A stretch of 64,000 bases of DNA from Reclinomonas americana ATCC 50394 (lineage: Eukaryota). Below, piece by piece: positions 21,501 to 30,542 of this stretch; positions within the stretch are counted from its first letter, which is position 1, and every line of letters begins with the position of its first letter. A program made the translations under genes and the position numbers. The notes under the pieces were generated by a model. It made no database searches. It was not told the origin of the DNA and saw nothing but the letters and a program-made list of their open reading frames with translations. The DNA lies in assembly GCA_048213135.1 (NCBI GenBank), contig PS015010.1, positions 1,860,001 through 1,924,000 on the forward strand. The letters are read 5' to 3'.

Positions 21501-21874
21501 TCATTGTCGGTATTCAGACAACTCATATTCGTGGGAAGAATGAACTCCAGCCGCACCGAAGCACCAGATGCCACAAAACCGGTATTGGAACCCGGCGTGC
21601 CATTATAAGCAGTTCCCGAAGCAGGAATGCTGTAAGCGCCCGACGCGTTGGTCGTAAAAGAAGCAATGAGCGCATCGCTGCTGTTGTACACATTTACGAT
21701 CACGCCAGCAATAAGCGGTTCGATCATAGGCGCAGCTGTTTGCCTGGTGCCATTGTTGTTAAAATCACGGAAAGCAGTGCCGGATAACTGCGCCTTTAGG
21801 GGATGGGCGGCCAGCACACAAAGGATCAAAACGGACAGAGCAATGCCTGCCAATTTAGGTAGAGGGTTTTTCAT
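15557..21874 (-). CDS. Giant T9SS-secreted surface protein with ~10 SdrD B-like repeats and an N-terminal putative beta-propeller region
   Basis: Nine G[ND].VW.D...[DN]G.Q..GE.G repeats plus one N-terminal copy; T9SS C-terminal domain; start moved to ATG 21874. Confidence 0.88.
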   Translation of the reverse strand: MKNPLPKLAGIALSVLILCVLAAHPLKAQLSGTAFRDFNNNGTRQTAAPMIEPLIAGVIVNVYNSSDALIASFTTNASGAYSIPASGTAYNGTPGSNTGFVASGASVRLEFILPTNMSCLNTDNDLVSPGVAIAGNSNVQFVTGGSTGINFPVNMSSQYVSNLNPYYYVIRSVQGNPTAGTAGTATTRPAIQGIPYNAANTSVGATTPVSRTMAASYIGSCYGLAYSKQAGKLFTSAFIKRHTGLGPLGSGGIYILDTALGTPASAASVQFYDMDNNGYYTRTNGGPAYGSGTSYTVGSATTITFLGTTDPVTSYPSGMGVVGSNTARGLTNDATARSNDPAAVAQTGMYGLGDLEISDDGKALYSVNLYDRKVYQLNLNSVTNPTGVSSVNALTIPNPPLRSSLGGGYAVTYASDNSQFYDGTKGFLRPFGLKFYRGKLYVGAATTGEKTGTTTTDNNTGNPEYTDLWAYVFEYDPATNTWASAPVLQFPLNFDRGLNTDNYNETFKVWKNTGFTTSLTWNGSNRYFLNQAIFCGIEFDPSDGSMVIGLRDRVGDQFGHFNYMLSGTTMAVATAMGETLRAYRTSSCTYELESNGKEGPSSSKTATSGAGNGQGPGGGEFYFHDNLYSVAASQNANYHLNTTAGAITSLPGTGEIAVTSMDPNGVWQQGVDFFSSTNGDNPRDHAIEVSNSNDNNTGYSGKGIGLGDIELIEYNAPISIGNRVWNDTNGNGIQDAGESGIANVLLELVDANGNAVDSDPSTAGVQATTVLTSATGSWYLTSMTGTDATGINYGVALLPNTSYRVRLATSGTGYDWDASANNGEGGPLAAGNLAGLQLTRTNKIGNGAAGLSDNDAVMTSSIPQVVITTGDYGSTNYDIDFGFKPLASVGDRVWRDDDKDGVQDTGEPGVAGVAVALYTGTTLVATTVTDAYGNYLFDNLAAGSYSVVVTLPANYQFTTQTNTVDNTAGTAPVTTGSDVNATTGQSYTITLSAGENERNIDAGIIFNSPAATASVGNRVWFDTNNDNLQTAGEPGVAGVTVSLLDNLGNTVATTITDANGNYLFTNVTPGTYSVRFSAPPGTTFVTANQGANGTGTGTAGESDADSDAGTNGITGTFTVTTGQQIVNVDAGIRSVSTALASLGDRVWYDNDRDGIQDAGEPGIPGVTVTLYRPGFGPDGIAGNGDDANAVATATTDGYGNYLFASLTPGTYRLNFGAVAGMVRTAQNIAFGTLPDGIDSDPDPSAGNTGSYTLSAGVKNMSADAGYYSSQPAANAGALGDKVWSDLNANGVQDAGEPGVSGITVTLYNNAGTAISVTYTDANGNYLFTNLTPGSYTAGFSNLPSGYSFTAQDLGGNDATDSDVIPGTGRTASATVTAGATNTTVDAGIRQGMPSGLASIGNFVWYDLNSNGLQETGELGVAGVTVTLLNAGADGIVGNGDDGATLTTTTNALGQYSFTALAAGNYAVQFSNLPSGFALSASNSGSNDNVDSDGGALGTGGAPAGASRTGVYALAVGEDNLSIDLGITPPANTNTVGNFVWQDLNGDGLQTVGEPGVPGVTVTLYNNSGTAIATTTTDANGNYIFAGLADGTYSTGFTNLPAGYEFATKDASGSTTLTGSDADRTSGRTGTVALASGNRNDVTLDAGLISSRAALGNFVWNDYNNDGIQTAGEPGVGGATVSLYYDADNNGSITGAEATNPVATAITDANGAYYFPNLLPGNYMVGFTTVPVNMLFTQQNTPGDNQDNTNNDANPSTGLSSFIALTANETDLTIDAGITVSRPATIGNFVWADLNKDGIQDANEPGISGVLVTLYNASNTAIGSAVTDGAGRWQITNVPAGTGYYLIFSANLPNFDVTGTPGTNPAYAPQNTGANATQSLDSGTESDTDSDVTASGGNAGRTGAFSIVAGNNFPNMDAGIINWPFSNILPVRLESFTAAPQGSHVILDWKAGIETNLSAYVVEYGTDGINFHAIGTVTASGSRSYGFLHTSPVTGLNYYRLKMLDKDGQFRYSEIRRVNFNSSITDVQVYPLPADRYINVTVTAAMTGKPAVFCIISSDGKTVQQQQFTALSQTENLDMSRLPNGRYFLRISSNGQLVTKAIIVQR

Positions 21875-22081
21875 TATGTCAGGTTTTTCAAAAGAAATGG
21901 CATTCCATATCACCGGTCAAAAAACCAGTGCATACGGGTAGTGGTGATCATCAGAGGAGGAAGTTGTTTTCGAAGGACTGGATAGGGTTAGCCGGGGTAA
22001 GCGGCTGTATATATGATCATCATGAAGATGAAAAATATTATTGTCTATTTTCGCTACACAAGCAACAACACAACCGGGTAT

Positions 22082-23191
22082 ATGTACTTATTTCACAAAA
22101 GATGTTTCAACACTGTAGCCCCGGTTATGCTTTTTTTTATTGTAACCGCTTCTTTTCTGAACGCCTGTGATGCATTCGAAAAAAAAGCCGGCAGGGAAAT
22201 CATTTCTTCTTCAACCGACTCTTTAAAAATTGAGTTGGGAAGACGGCTCTTTTATGATAAAGATCTTTCACTCAACAGCACTAAATCCTGCGCCAGCTGC
22301 CATAATCCGTCATTTGCTTTCAGCGATGGTTACAGAACCAGTACTACCGCTCTCGGGCAAACGCTGCTGCATAATGCACCCGGATTGATCAATACCACGT
22401 TCTACCGGTTTTATGACTGGGCCGATACCGGCATCAATCATTATTCAAAACAGATCAAACGGCCACTGTACAGCAATCACCCTGTCGAACTTGGCTTAAA
22501 CGTAGAAATACAACGTAAAATTGCGTTGCTCGAAAAAAATAATACTTATAAAAATTTATTCGCAGGTATTTATACGTCCAACCCCGCCATTACAACGGGA
22601 AATATAGAAGATGCGATCATCGCTTTTGTGCAGTCCCTGCAATCCTTTTGTTCGCCTTATGATCATTTTATGGCAGGCGACATTTCCGCCATGACCAGCG
22701 AAGCACAACAGGGTATGCAGCTTTTTTTCTCTGCCCGGCTGCAATGCGGCAGTTGCCATAAAGCCCCGTTGTTCACTTCCAATGACAGCAGGTATGCGTT
22801 ACCGGCAGACAGTATTTATTTCAATACAGGGCTATATAATATTAAAGGGCATTACCCTGCGGGAGATGAAGGTCTGTTTGAACATACCCGCCGTGCCAGT
22901 GACATCGGCAGGTTTAAAACACCTTCGCTTCGCAATATTGCTCTTACAGCCCCCTATTTCCACGACGGCAGTGCCGCTTCTCTTACCGAAGTGATCGATA
23001 TCTACAGCCGGGGCGGAAGAAAGATAGTTGCCGGTCCCACGACAGGTGATGGAAAGGACAACCCGCATAAGGACCGCCGGGTGAACGGCTTTACACTTAA
23101 CACGGCGGAAAAAAGGGCGCTCATCGCTTTTCTTTATGCCCTTACCGATTCCTCTGTACTTACCAACCCGGCCTTTCAGCCTTTAAATTAA
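22082..23191 (+). CDS. Di-heme enzyme of the MauG/MbnH (bCcP superfamily) type, probable lipoprotein
   Basis: CASCH and CGSCH heme motifs; NTGLYN...YP..D.GL; FKTPSLRNIALTAPYFHDGS...VIDIYSRGGR..GDG..NP; lipobox LNAC; start uncertain (22013-22127). Confidence 0.85.
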   Translation: MYLFHKRCFNTVAPVMLFFIVTASFLNACDAFEKKAGREIISSSTDSLKIELGRRLFYDKDLSLNSTKSCASCHNPSFAFSDGYRTSTTALGQTLLHNAPGLINTTFYRFYDWADTGINHYSKQIKRPLYSNHPVELGLNVEIQRKIALLEKNNTYKNLFAGIYTSNPAITTGNIEDAIIAFVQSLQSFCSPYDHFMAGDISAMTSEAQQGMQLFFSARLQCGSCHKAPLFTSNDSRYALPADSIYFNTGLYNIKGHYPAGDEGLFEHTRRASDIGRFKTPSLRNIALTAPYFHDGSAASLTEVIDIYSRGGRKIVAGPTTGDGKDNPHKDRRVNGFTLNTAEKRALIAFLYALTDSSVLTNPAFQPLN

Positions 23192-23257
23192 CATGATGAA
23201 GGAAAAAGCAACACCGGAAAATAAAAAGCTTTCTATAATTTGCAGCCACACATGCAT

Positions 23258-25003
23258 ATGAACCGAACTGCTTCTCTACTCCTGTTTATCCTGCTGGTCA
23301 TTTTCACGGGTTGCAACAACCAGGCTCCCACTGTAACCAATAGCGGGTCCGATAAAGATGCCCGGGAATCCATATTGGCGGATGACAGTGCAGTCAACAC
23401 CAGTTCTCCGCTGGTACAGGCATATACAGAGAAAGCTACAGCCGCATTGCAAAGCAGCATACCAGTATTGCCGCTCAGCCAGGCAGACAGCAGCCAGGCC
23501 AAGGCACAGCGCATCGCCCTCGCCGACCGGCGCTTTACCCAAAATTGTTTTGATCCGAAAACAGGCAAAGCCTGCCGCAACGAAATATTCAATATATACG
23601 CGGCCAGACCACAGGAGGTGCCTAAAGCATATGCTACTAATAAAGTTTACCGGGTAGAATTATATAACTATGCGTTAAACCTTACCACTGTTGGGTGGGT
23701 TGATCTTGCCTCCAGTCAGTTGATCCGTGTAAGCACCTTACCCGAAACACAACCCGAGATACCCGCCCACCTGAAAGACATGGCCCTGCAGATTGCCGTA
23801 AACGCTCCTGAAGTGATAAAGGCCCTGGGCTATAAACCCGGCGAATCAGCAGCACTGATGGCCAATACCAAAACAGCGCTGAACGCCACCAAATGCGAAA
23901 GAAGCATGCACCTGTGCGTGGCGCCCACTTTCATTAAAGGCGACAGGGCTTTGTGGGCAATCGTTGACCTCACCGATCATAAACTGGTAGGCATACGCTG
24001 GACAAGTGTTGGCGAAACCGGTCCCGCGCCACGCATCAGTGAAAGAAAACTGCAGTTCGACAAGATCATGAGCTGCAACTGCAAAACCATTACCCCGCTC
24101 AATAAGGATGGATGGAAACTGAATTACGTGATCACCAGTTCCGACGGTTTACGCATCAGTGAAGTATATTATAATAACAGGCTGATCATACTGAACGCCA
24201 AACTTGTTGACTGGCATGTGAGCTACAGTGGCACGGAAGGATTTGGTTACAGCGATGCAGCCGGTTGCCCGGAATTCAGCCAGGCGGCAGTAGTGGCCGT
24301 AAGCGAACCTAAAGTAAAAGAGCTGGAAGAAGGCGGAAAGAAGCTGGGCTTTGTACTGGAGCAAACCTTCAGGAGCGAACAATGGCCCAGGCCCTGCAAC
24401 TATAATTATATACAGCGATACGAGTTCTATACCGATGGCCGCTTTCGCATAGCCTGCGGCAGTTTGGGCCGGGGATGCGGCAACAATGGCACTTACCGCC
24501 CCGTTACCCGTATCCTGTTTGCCGAGCAGCAAGATTTTGCTGAATGGAACGGCAGCAGCTGGACGGCATGGGACCGTGAAAAATGGCAACTGCAAAACGC
24601 ACAAACTGCGTATACGCCTGAGGGTTATCAATACCGTGTTGGCGGGCAAAAAGGATTTTACCTGCAACCGGGCAATGGGCGTTTCAGTGATGGCGGAAGA
24701 GGCGACAATGCTTTTGTATATGTTACAAAATACCATACCGATAAAGACGAAGGAGAAACCGATATGGTAACCATTGGCCCCTGCTGCAATACCGACTATC
24801 ACCAGGGCCCGGAAAAATTCATTGAACCCAATCCCGAGCCTTTAGGCGGATCACAGGTAGTTGTATGGTATGTGGCACAACTGAAAAACGACGACAGGCC
24901 CGGGTTTGAATACTGCTGGGCAGAGTCGCTGCTCGACAAAGGCGTTTATAAGACGAAAGCTTATCCCTGTATGAGCGGGCCGATGTTTATTCCGATTAGA
25001 TGA
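23258..25003 (+). CDS. Cys-rich lipoprotein with a copper amine oxidase-like architecture lacking the His copper ligands
   Basis: Lipobox TGC; N2/N3-like motifs (VDLASS..QPEI..PEVIKALG; AIVDL); catalytic-domain-like WKLNY..DGLRISEVYY, YSDAAG, CNYNYIQRYEFYTDG, VYVTKY, VVVWY. Confidence 0.65.
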   Translation: MNRTASLLLFILLVIFTGCNNQAPTVTNSGSDKDARESILADDSAVNTSSPLVQAYTEKATAALQSSIPVLPLSQADSSQAKAQRIALADRRFTQNCFDPKTGKACRNEIFNIYAARPQEVPKAYATNKVYRVELYNYALNLTTVGWVDLASSQLIRVSTLPETQPEIPAHLKDMALQIAVNAPEVIKALGYKPGESAALMANTKTALNATKCERSMHLCVAPTFIKGDRALWAIVDLTDHKLVGIRWTSVGETGPAPRISERKLQFDKIMSCNCKTITPLNKDGWKLNYVITSSDGLRISEVYYNNRLIILNAKLVDWHVSYSGTEGFGYSDAAGCPEFSQAAVVAVSEPKVKELEEGGKKLGFVLEQTFRSEQWPRPCNYNYIQRYEFYTDGRFRIACGSLGRGCGNNGTYRPVTRILFAEQQDFAEWNGSSWTAWDREKWQLQNAQTAYTPEGYQYRVGGQKGFYLQPGNGRFSDGGRGDNAFVYVTKYHTDKDEGETDMVTIGPCCNTDYHQGPEKFIEPNPEPLGGSQVVVWYVAQLKNDDRPGFEYCWAESLLDKGVYKTKAYPCMSGPMFIPIR

Positions 25004-25138
25004 TGTGACAATTTTGGATGTGCGGATGCGTGAATGTGCAGATATGCGGATGTTGACGCCGCCTGGTCGCTGACCAGCGGTGTCATGCTGAATGACCGCA
25101 ATTTTGAATTTTGACTTTTTAATTTTGAATTTATTCAA

Positions 25139-26068
25139 ATGAAGCCCAACTCCCGTTTGCTGCTGATTGCTCTTCTCACCATCCTCTCTTCCTGCGGGGA
25201 AAAGGTGGAGGAAGATGAGGCCTTCGGCATTGGTCTTATTCCCTGCCAGCAACAGCCGAAGTTCCTGGGCAGTACCGGGCTTGATCCCCGGCGGAGTGCC
25301 TTCTCTACATCCGAACGAAAAATAAAAGGACTTGTACTGGTGCAGGTGCCCGCCAATCCCAACGACACCGCAGGACGGAAAACATGGCAACACCCCTCCT
25401 GGGGGCAGTTTGGCTGGATGGGTTCCATCACCACCGATGATAACGGCAACGCTTACACGGCACCGGTGCCGGTGATCAATATCCTCGACAACCCGCCCGC
25501 CAAACAAAACACCATTTATAAAACCGACGGTCAAACCGGCGAAATGAAAGCACTGGTGGAACTGCCCTTTTACGATAAGAATGAAACCGAAAATGTATTC
25601 GGGATACTCGGACTTTATTTCGATTGCCATGCCCGGATGCTCTATGCTTCCAGCGTGGCGGCCTCAACGAGGGACGCGGAAAAAGGCGTTATCTACGCTG
25701 TTGAACCCGAAGGCGGTAAAATAAAAGACAAACTGAGTGGCAGGGATGCCATCGGCCTTTGTGTATGTGGTATTACAGGAGAAAAAAGATTGTATTTCGG
25801 CAGCAGCCGCAACTCTACCGTCTATTCTGTTGGGCTGACCAAATCCGGAAATTTTACCGGCTCTGTAAAAGAAGAATTTTCTTTGGATATGATGGGTCCG
25901 AGGGGAGATGATAAAGCCCGTCGTATCCGGGTGGACAAGACGGGCGATATGATCATTTTTGGCGTAGAATTTAACTATAATCTCACCGCACCTACCGAAA
26001 AACAGGAAACCGTTTACCGCTTCAGGTACAGCGCCGAAGACAAGAAGTGGTTACCTGTTGCTCCCTGA
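25139..26068 (+). CDS. Hypothetical lipoprotein, probable beta-propeller
   Basis: Lipobox SSC; repeated blade-like motifs (ITTDDNGNAY, LYFDCHARMLYAS, KRLYFG, IRVDKTGDM). Confidence 0.65.
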   Translation: MKPNSRLLLIALLTILSSCGEKVEEDEAFGIGLIPCQQQPKFLGSTGLDPRRSAFSTSERKIKGLVLVQVPANPNDTAGRKTWQHPSWGQFGWMGSITTDDNGNAYTAPVPVINILDNPPAKQNTIYKTDGQTGEMKALVELPFYDKNETENVFGILGLYFDCHARMLYASSVAASTRDAEKGVIYAVEPEGGKIKDKLSGRDAIGLCVCGITGEKRLYFGSSRNSTVYSVGLTKSGNFTGSVKEEFSLDMMGPRGDDKARRIRVDKTGDMIIFGVEFNYNLTAPTEKQETVYRFRYSAEDKKWLPVAP

Positions 26069-28621
26069 TCAGGCTTCGGTTGTACTCTTTTTCTTAGCAG
26101 GGCCTTCCGATTTAATACTGAACTTGATCTTCGAATTTTCTTTATCGAGGTCGGCAATCATAACATCACCGGCTTTTATCGTCATGTTCAGAATTTCTTC
26201 TGCCAGCGGGTCTTCCAGGTATTTCTGAATGGCCCTGTGCAGTGGTCGTGCACCGAATTGAGAATCGTAACCTTTATCGGCAATGAAGTCCTTGGCTTCC
26301 GGTGTCAGCTCCATGGAGAAGCCGAGGTTGGCCAGGCGTTTCATTACACCTTTCATCAGGATGTCGATGATCTCGAAAATATCATCCTTGCTGAGCGAGT
26401 TGAACACCACCACGTCGTCGATCCTGTTCAGGAACTCGGGACTGAAGGTACGTTTCAGCGCTTTTTCAATCACGGCTTTATTGTTCTCTTCCGCATTCTC
26501 CATACGGGCCGCGGTAGCGAAACCTACACCATCGCCAAAATCTTTCAGCTGGCGGGCGCCGATATTCGAGGTCATAATGATAAGCGTATTCTTGAAATCC
26601 ACTTTACGGCCCAGGCCATCGGTCAGCATACCATCGTCGAGCACCTGCAGCAGGATGTTATAAATATCCGGGTGTGCTTTTTCGATCTCGTCGAGCAGGA
26701 TTACGCTGTATGGTTTACGTCTAACCCTTTCCGTTAGCTGTCCGCCTTCTTCATAACCTACATACCCGGGAGGCGCACCAATGAGGCGGCTTACGGTGAA
26801 TTTTTCCATGTACTCACTCATGTCGATCCTGATTAGCGCATCTTCGCTGTCGAACATATGACGGGCGAGCGAGCGGGCCAGTTCGGTTTTACCCACGCCT
26901 GTCGGCCCCAGGAAGATGAACGTACCGATCGGTTTCTTAGGATCTTTCAGGCCCACACGGTTACGCTGGATGGCTTTCACCACTTTGGATATAGCGTCCT
27001 GCTGGCCGATCACGGCACCTTTCAGATCGTCGGCCATTCGGCGGAGTTTCTCCGTTTCGGCCTGCACCATGCGCTTTACCGGTATGCCGGTCATCATGTT
27101 CACCACTTCGGCGATATCTTCTTCCTCAATCGGGAAACGCTTGTGTTTGCTTTCTTCCTCCCAGTCGCTTTTGGCTTTTTCCAGTTCTTCCTGCAAACGT
27201 TTTTCGGTATCGCGTAAAGAAGCGGCTTCTTCAAACTTCTGGCTCTTCACCACTTTATTCTTTTCCACTTTGATCTCTTCGATCTTTTTCTCAAGTTCGA
27301 TGATCTCGTTAGGAACATTGATGTTCTTGATGTGTTTGCGTGCACCCACTTCATCCAGTACGTCGATGGCTTTATCGGGCAGCAGGCGGTCGGTCATATA
27401 CCTGTCGCTCAGTTTTACGCAGGCCTCAATGGCTTCCTGGCTGTACGACACGTTATGGTAGTCTTCGTATTTGTTCTTGATGTTGTTGAGTATCTCTATG
27501 GTCTCTTCAACAGAAGGCTGATCCACGATCACTTTCTGGAAACGACGATCGAGTGCGCCGTCTTTTTCAATGTGCATCCTGTATTCATCCAGCGTGGAAG
27601 CGCCAATGCATTGCAGTTCGCCACGGGCCAGGGCTGGTTTGAAAATATTCGACGCGTCGAGTGAACCACTGGCGCCACCTGCACCCACGATGGTGTGTAT
27701 CTCATCAATGAACAGGATCACGTCACGGTTCTTTTCCAGTTCGTTCATGATCGCTTTCATACGTTCTTCAAACTGGCCGCGGTATTTGGTACCGGCAACG
27801 AGTGCTGCCAGGTCAAGACTTACCACTCTTTTATCAAACAGCACACGGGATACTTTACGCTGAACAATACGCAGCGCCAGGCCTTCCACAATGGCTGTTT
27901 TACCCACACCGGGTTCACCGATGAGGATGGGGTTATTCTTTTTACGACGGGAAAGTATCTGCGATACCCTTTCAATCTCGTTCTCACGACCTACGATCGG
28001 GTCAAGTGATCCATTCTCGGCCAGGCGGGTAATATCACGACCGAAATTGTCGAGCACCGGCGTTTTTGTTTTAGGCTGGTTAGCGCCTGCACCCCGCTGT
28101 GATTTCGGTTGCTGCCCGTACTGTTTTCTTTCTTCATCAAATTCATCATCCCCTTCGTCGCTGAATTCCGCGGAAGGCGGGTTGCTCGTCACAAAGCCCA
28201 GTTCATTTTTAAATACGTCGTAATCCACGTCAAACTGGTTCAGGATCTGGGTAGCAATATTTTCCTTGTTTTTCAGGATCGACAGCATCAGGTGTTCACT
28301 TTCCACCAGTGCGCTTTTTTGCGCTTTGGCTTCCAGTACCGTGATGCGGATCACCTTTTCCGCCTGCTTGGTAAGGGGAAGGGAATTAATGTTGGCGATG
28401 TTCTTACCGGTCTTATCCTTTACCGCCATTTCTATTTCCTTGCGTAGTTCAAAAAGGTCGATATTGAGTGACTTGAGTATTTTGACTGCCGTATTCTCTC
28501 CATCCCTGATCAGTCCCAGGACCAGATGCTCTGTTCCAATGAAATCATTTCCCAACCGGAGTGCTTCTTCGCGGCTGTAAGAGATGATCTCTTTTACCTG
28601 TGCTGAGAAATTGTTGTCCAT
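26069..28621 (-). CDS. clpC: ATP-dependent Clp protease ATP-binding subunit ClpC
   Basis: Clp-N repeats, [11 protein letters not shown] coiled coil, GPTGVGKT; start moved to ATG 28621. Confidence 0.95.
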   Translation of the reverse strand: MDNNFSAQVKEIISYSREEALRLGNDFIGTEHLVLGLIRDGENTAVKILKSLNIDLFELRKEIEMAVKDKTGKNIANINSLPLTKQAEKVIRITVLEAKAQKSALVESEHLMLSILKNKENIATQILNQFDVDYDVFKNELGFVTSNPPSAEFSDEGDDEFDEERKQYGQQPKSQRGAGANQPKTKTPVLDNFGRDITRLAENGSLDPIVGRENEIERVSQILSRRKKNNPILIGEPGVGKTAIVEGLALRIVQRKVSRVLFDKRVVSLDLAALVAGTKYRGQFEERMKAIMNELEKNRDVILFIDEIHTIVGAGGASGSLDASNIFKPALARGELQCIGASTLDEYRMHIEKDGALDRRFQKVIVDQPSVEETIEILNNIKNKYEDYHNVSYSQEAIEACVKLSDRYMTDRLLPDKAIDVLDEVGARKHIKNINVPNEIIELEKKIEEIKVEKNKVVKSQKFEEAASLRDTEKRLQEELEKAKSDWEEESKHKRFPIEEEDIAEVVNMMTGIPVKRMVQAETEKLRRMADDLKGAVIGQQDAISKVVKAIQRNRVGLKDPKKPIGTFIFLGPTGVGKTELARSLARHMFDSEDALIRIDMSEYMEKFTVSRLIGAPPGYVGYEEGGQLTERVRRKPYSVILLDEIEKAHPDIYNILLQVLDDGMLTDGLGRKVDFKNTLIIMTSNIGARQLKDFGDGVGFATAARMENAEENNKAVIEKALKRTFSPEFLNRIDDVVVFNSLSKDDIFEIIDILMKGVMKRLANLGFSMELTPEAKDFIADKGYDSQFGARPLHRAIQKYLEDPLAEEILNMTIKAGDVMIADLDKENSKIKFSIKSEGPAKKKSTTEA

Positions 28622-28660
28622 TTCGGTTAAATTTAGCTTGTACAATAATACTGATAATTT

Positions 28661-28668
28661 CAAAGATA
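28661..28668 (-). promoter_or_regulatory. -7 element TATCTTTG for clpC
   Basis: Exact TAnnTTTG about 40 nt upstream of the clpC ATG. Confidence 0.5.
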
Positions 28669-28865
28669 TGTTTTGCTGTAAAGTTCAAATGTTAATATGT
28701 TGAAAAGTGCGGCGGAGTCAAACTGGCCGGGATTTTAGCCCGGTTTTAACAGTTTTTCCGGAGACGGGAACTACCCTTCTTTGGCAGCGGGGTCAGTTTG
28801 AAAAATTTCCTTTACTTTACAACCATCATCAACACCGGTCATCCACAATAAAACGTTTCCAAAAA

Positions 28866-29243
28866 ATGAATGTCAAAATAGATACCAAAGAAAAATTCAC
28901 TGTTATAACGCCGGATGAAACGGCCCTTCCTGCTAATATGACAGCGGAAATGAACGATCTGATGCTTTCCTACCTGTCAAAAGAAACTCCCCATATTGTA
29001 TTAAAAATGAATATGGTACAATCAGCCGACCCGGAAGTGCTGGACATGATCGCCGGGGTACAGCAGCAATTCTACCAGGAGAACCATTCTTTCGTAATCT
29101 GCGAATTACAGGAACCTGTGAAGCAGTTGTTAATGGAAAAAGACCTGCTCGATACCATGAATGTAACCCCCACCGAAAGCGAGGCCTGGGATATCCTGCA
29201 AATGGAGGAGATTGAGCGGGATTTGATGGATTGGGAAGACTGA
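28866..29243 (+). CDS. STAS domain protein (anti-sigma-factor antagonist-like)
   Basis: MNVKIDTKEKF...NVTPTESEAWD..MEEIER; conserved clpC-STAS-rnz context. Confidence 0.8.
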   Translation: MNVKIDTKEKFTVITPDETALPANMTAEMNDLMLSYLSKETPHIVLKMNMVQSADPEVLDMIAGVQQQFYQENHSFVICELQEPVKQLLMEKDLLDTMNVTPTESEAWDILQMEEIERDLMDWED

Positions 29244-29247
29244 TATA

Positions 29248-29352
29248 ATGAAGGAAGGAAGGAAGGAAAGAAGGAAGGAATAGAAGATGAATTGTGGTGT
29301 GTCGTCCGCGCCTGCATTCCTTCACTCCTTAACTCATTCATTCTTTCATTCC
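29248..29352. repeat. Mirrored (GAAG/GAAT)n...(CATT/CCTT)n simple-repeat block
   Basis: Purine tract followed by its inverted pyrimidine tract. Confidence 0.7.
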
Positions 29353-29431
29353 TTATGCAGCGCATGCAGCTTTTTGGCAGTCTTTTTGCAGACAGGAGAC
29401 AGATTATTACACCGTAAACAAACCTTATAAC

Positions 29432-30343
29432 TTGCTGGCACTAACTATTTTGGGAAACAACTCTGCGATCCCGGCCTTTGACAGGTTCCCTACGGCGCAG
29501 GTTTTGCAGACGCAGGACGAAAGCTACCTCATCGATTGCGGCGAGGGTACGCAGATGCAGCTGGCCAGGTACAAGGTCAGGCGCAGTAAGATCAACCACA
29601 TCTTCATTTCCCATCTTCACGGCGATCATTATTTCGGGCTCATTGGCCTCATCACCAGCATGAGCCTGCTCAACCGTACGCAGGAGCTGCATATTTATGG
29701 GCCTGCCCCGCTGGAAATGATCCTTAACCTGCAACTACAGGCTGCAGACACTCACCTCTCCTATCCTTTACATTTTCACGCGATAAAAGAAGAAGGCATT
29801 TTAGTCGATGGTAAAAAAATGACGATAAGCTGCTTTCCCGTTCAGCACCGCATTGAATGCTGGGGCTTCCTGTTCAGGGAAAAGAAAAAACCACGCAAAA
29901 TTGACCCCGACAGGGCAGCCAGTTATGAAATACCCGCTTCCTATTTTGAGCAATTACAACTGGGTAAAGATTATGTAACGAAGAAGGGCACCATCATACC
30001 TAATGACGAAGTGACTACAGCAGCCGCGGCTCCTTTAACCTATGCGTACTGTGCCGATACCATCTATGACGAAACGATAGCAGAAAAAGTAAAAGGCGCA
30101 GACTTGCTGTACCACGAAACCACTTACCTACAGGACCTCCCCGAAAGAGCCGCAGCACGCTATCACAGCACCACCATACAAGCCGCCGCCATTGCCCGGA
30201 AAGCAGGCGTAAAAAAATTACTCATCGGGCATTTTTCTTCGAAGTATGAAACACTTGACCAGTTCCTGGTTGAGACTTCTGCTGTGTTTGAGAATACGGA
30301 GTTGGCGCTGGAGGGAATTTGTTATAGAATTACTAATTACTAA
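29432..30343 (+). CDS. rnz: Ribonuclease Z
   Basis: DCGEGTQ, HLHGDH, YAYCADT, LYHETT, HST, GHFSSKY; TTG start. Confidence 0.93.
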   Translation: MLALTILGNNSAIPAFDRFPTAQVLQTQDESYLIDCGEGTQMQLARYKVRRSKINHIFISHLHGDHYFGLIGLITSMSLLNRTQELHIYGPAPLEMILNLQLQAADTHLSYPLHFHAIKEEGILVDGKKMTISCFPVQHRIECWGFLFREKKKPRKIDPDRAASYEIPASYFEQLQLGKDYVTKKGTIIPNDEVTTAAAAPLTYAYCADTIYDETIAEKVKGADLLYHETTYLQDLPERAAARYHSTTIQAAAIARKAGVKKLLIGHFSSKYETLDQFLVETSAVFENTELALEGICYRITNY

Positions 30344-30535
30344 TTACGAATTACGAATGACGAATTACGAATTACGAATTACGAATGTTGCTGAAGACAA
30401 CAGTATTCAATATATGCGGGTCTCTATAATTCACTACATTTTTTAATAGGATTGTTGCTATTATAAATTCTACTTGAATCAACACGATTCGTAATTCGTA
30501 ATTAGTAATTCGTAATTAATTAGTAATTCGTAATT
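30328..30535. repeat. MITE-like element: (AATTACG)n, ~100-bp core, inverted (CGTAATT)n
   Basis: Heptamer array 30328-30386 and inverted array 30487-30535; a related copy lies at 44283-44408. Confidence 0.75.
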
Positions 30536-30542
30536 GAAAACC

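Noticed and set aside
22082-23191. Methanobactin or methylamine dehydrogenase cluster, or an ordinary cytochrome c peroxidase
   Set aside because: No mbnABC, mbnP or mauAB nearby; Tyr rather than Met at the distal ligand position argues against a canonical bCcP
26069-30343. clpC-STAS-rnz as a novel system
   Set aside because: Common housekeeping synteny in Bacteroidota
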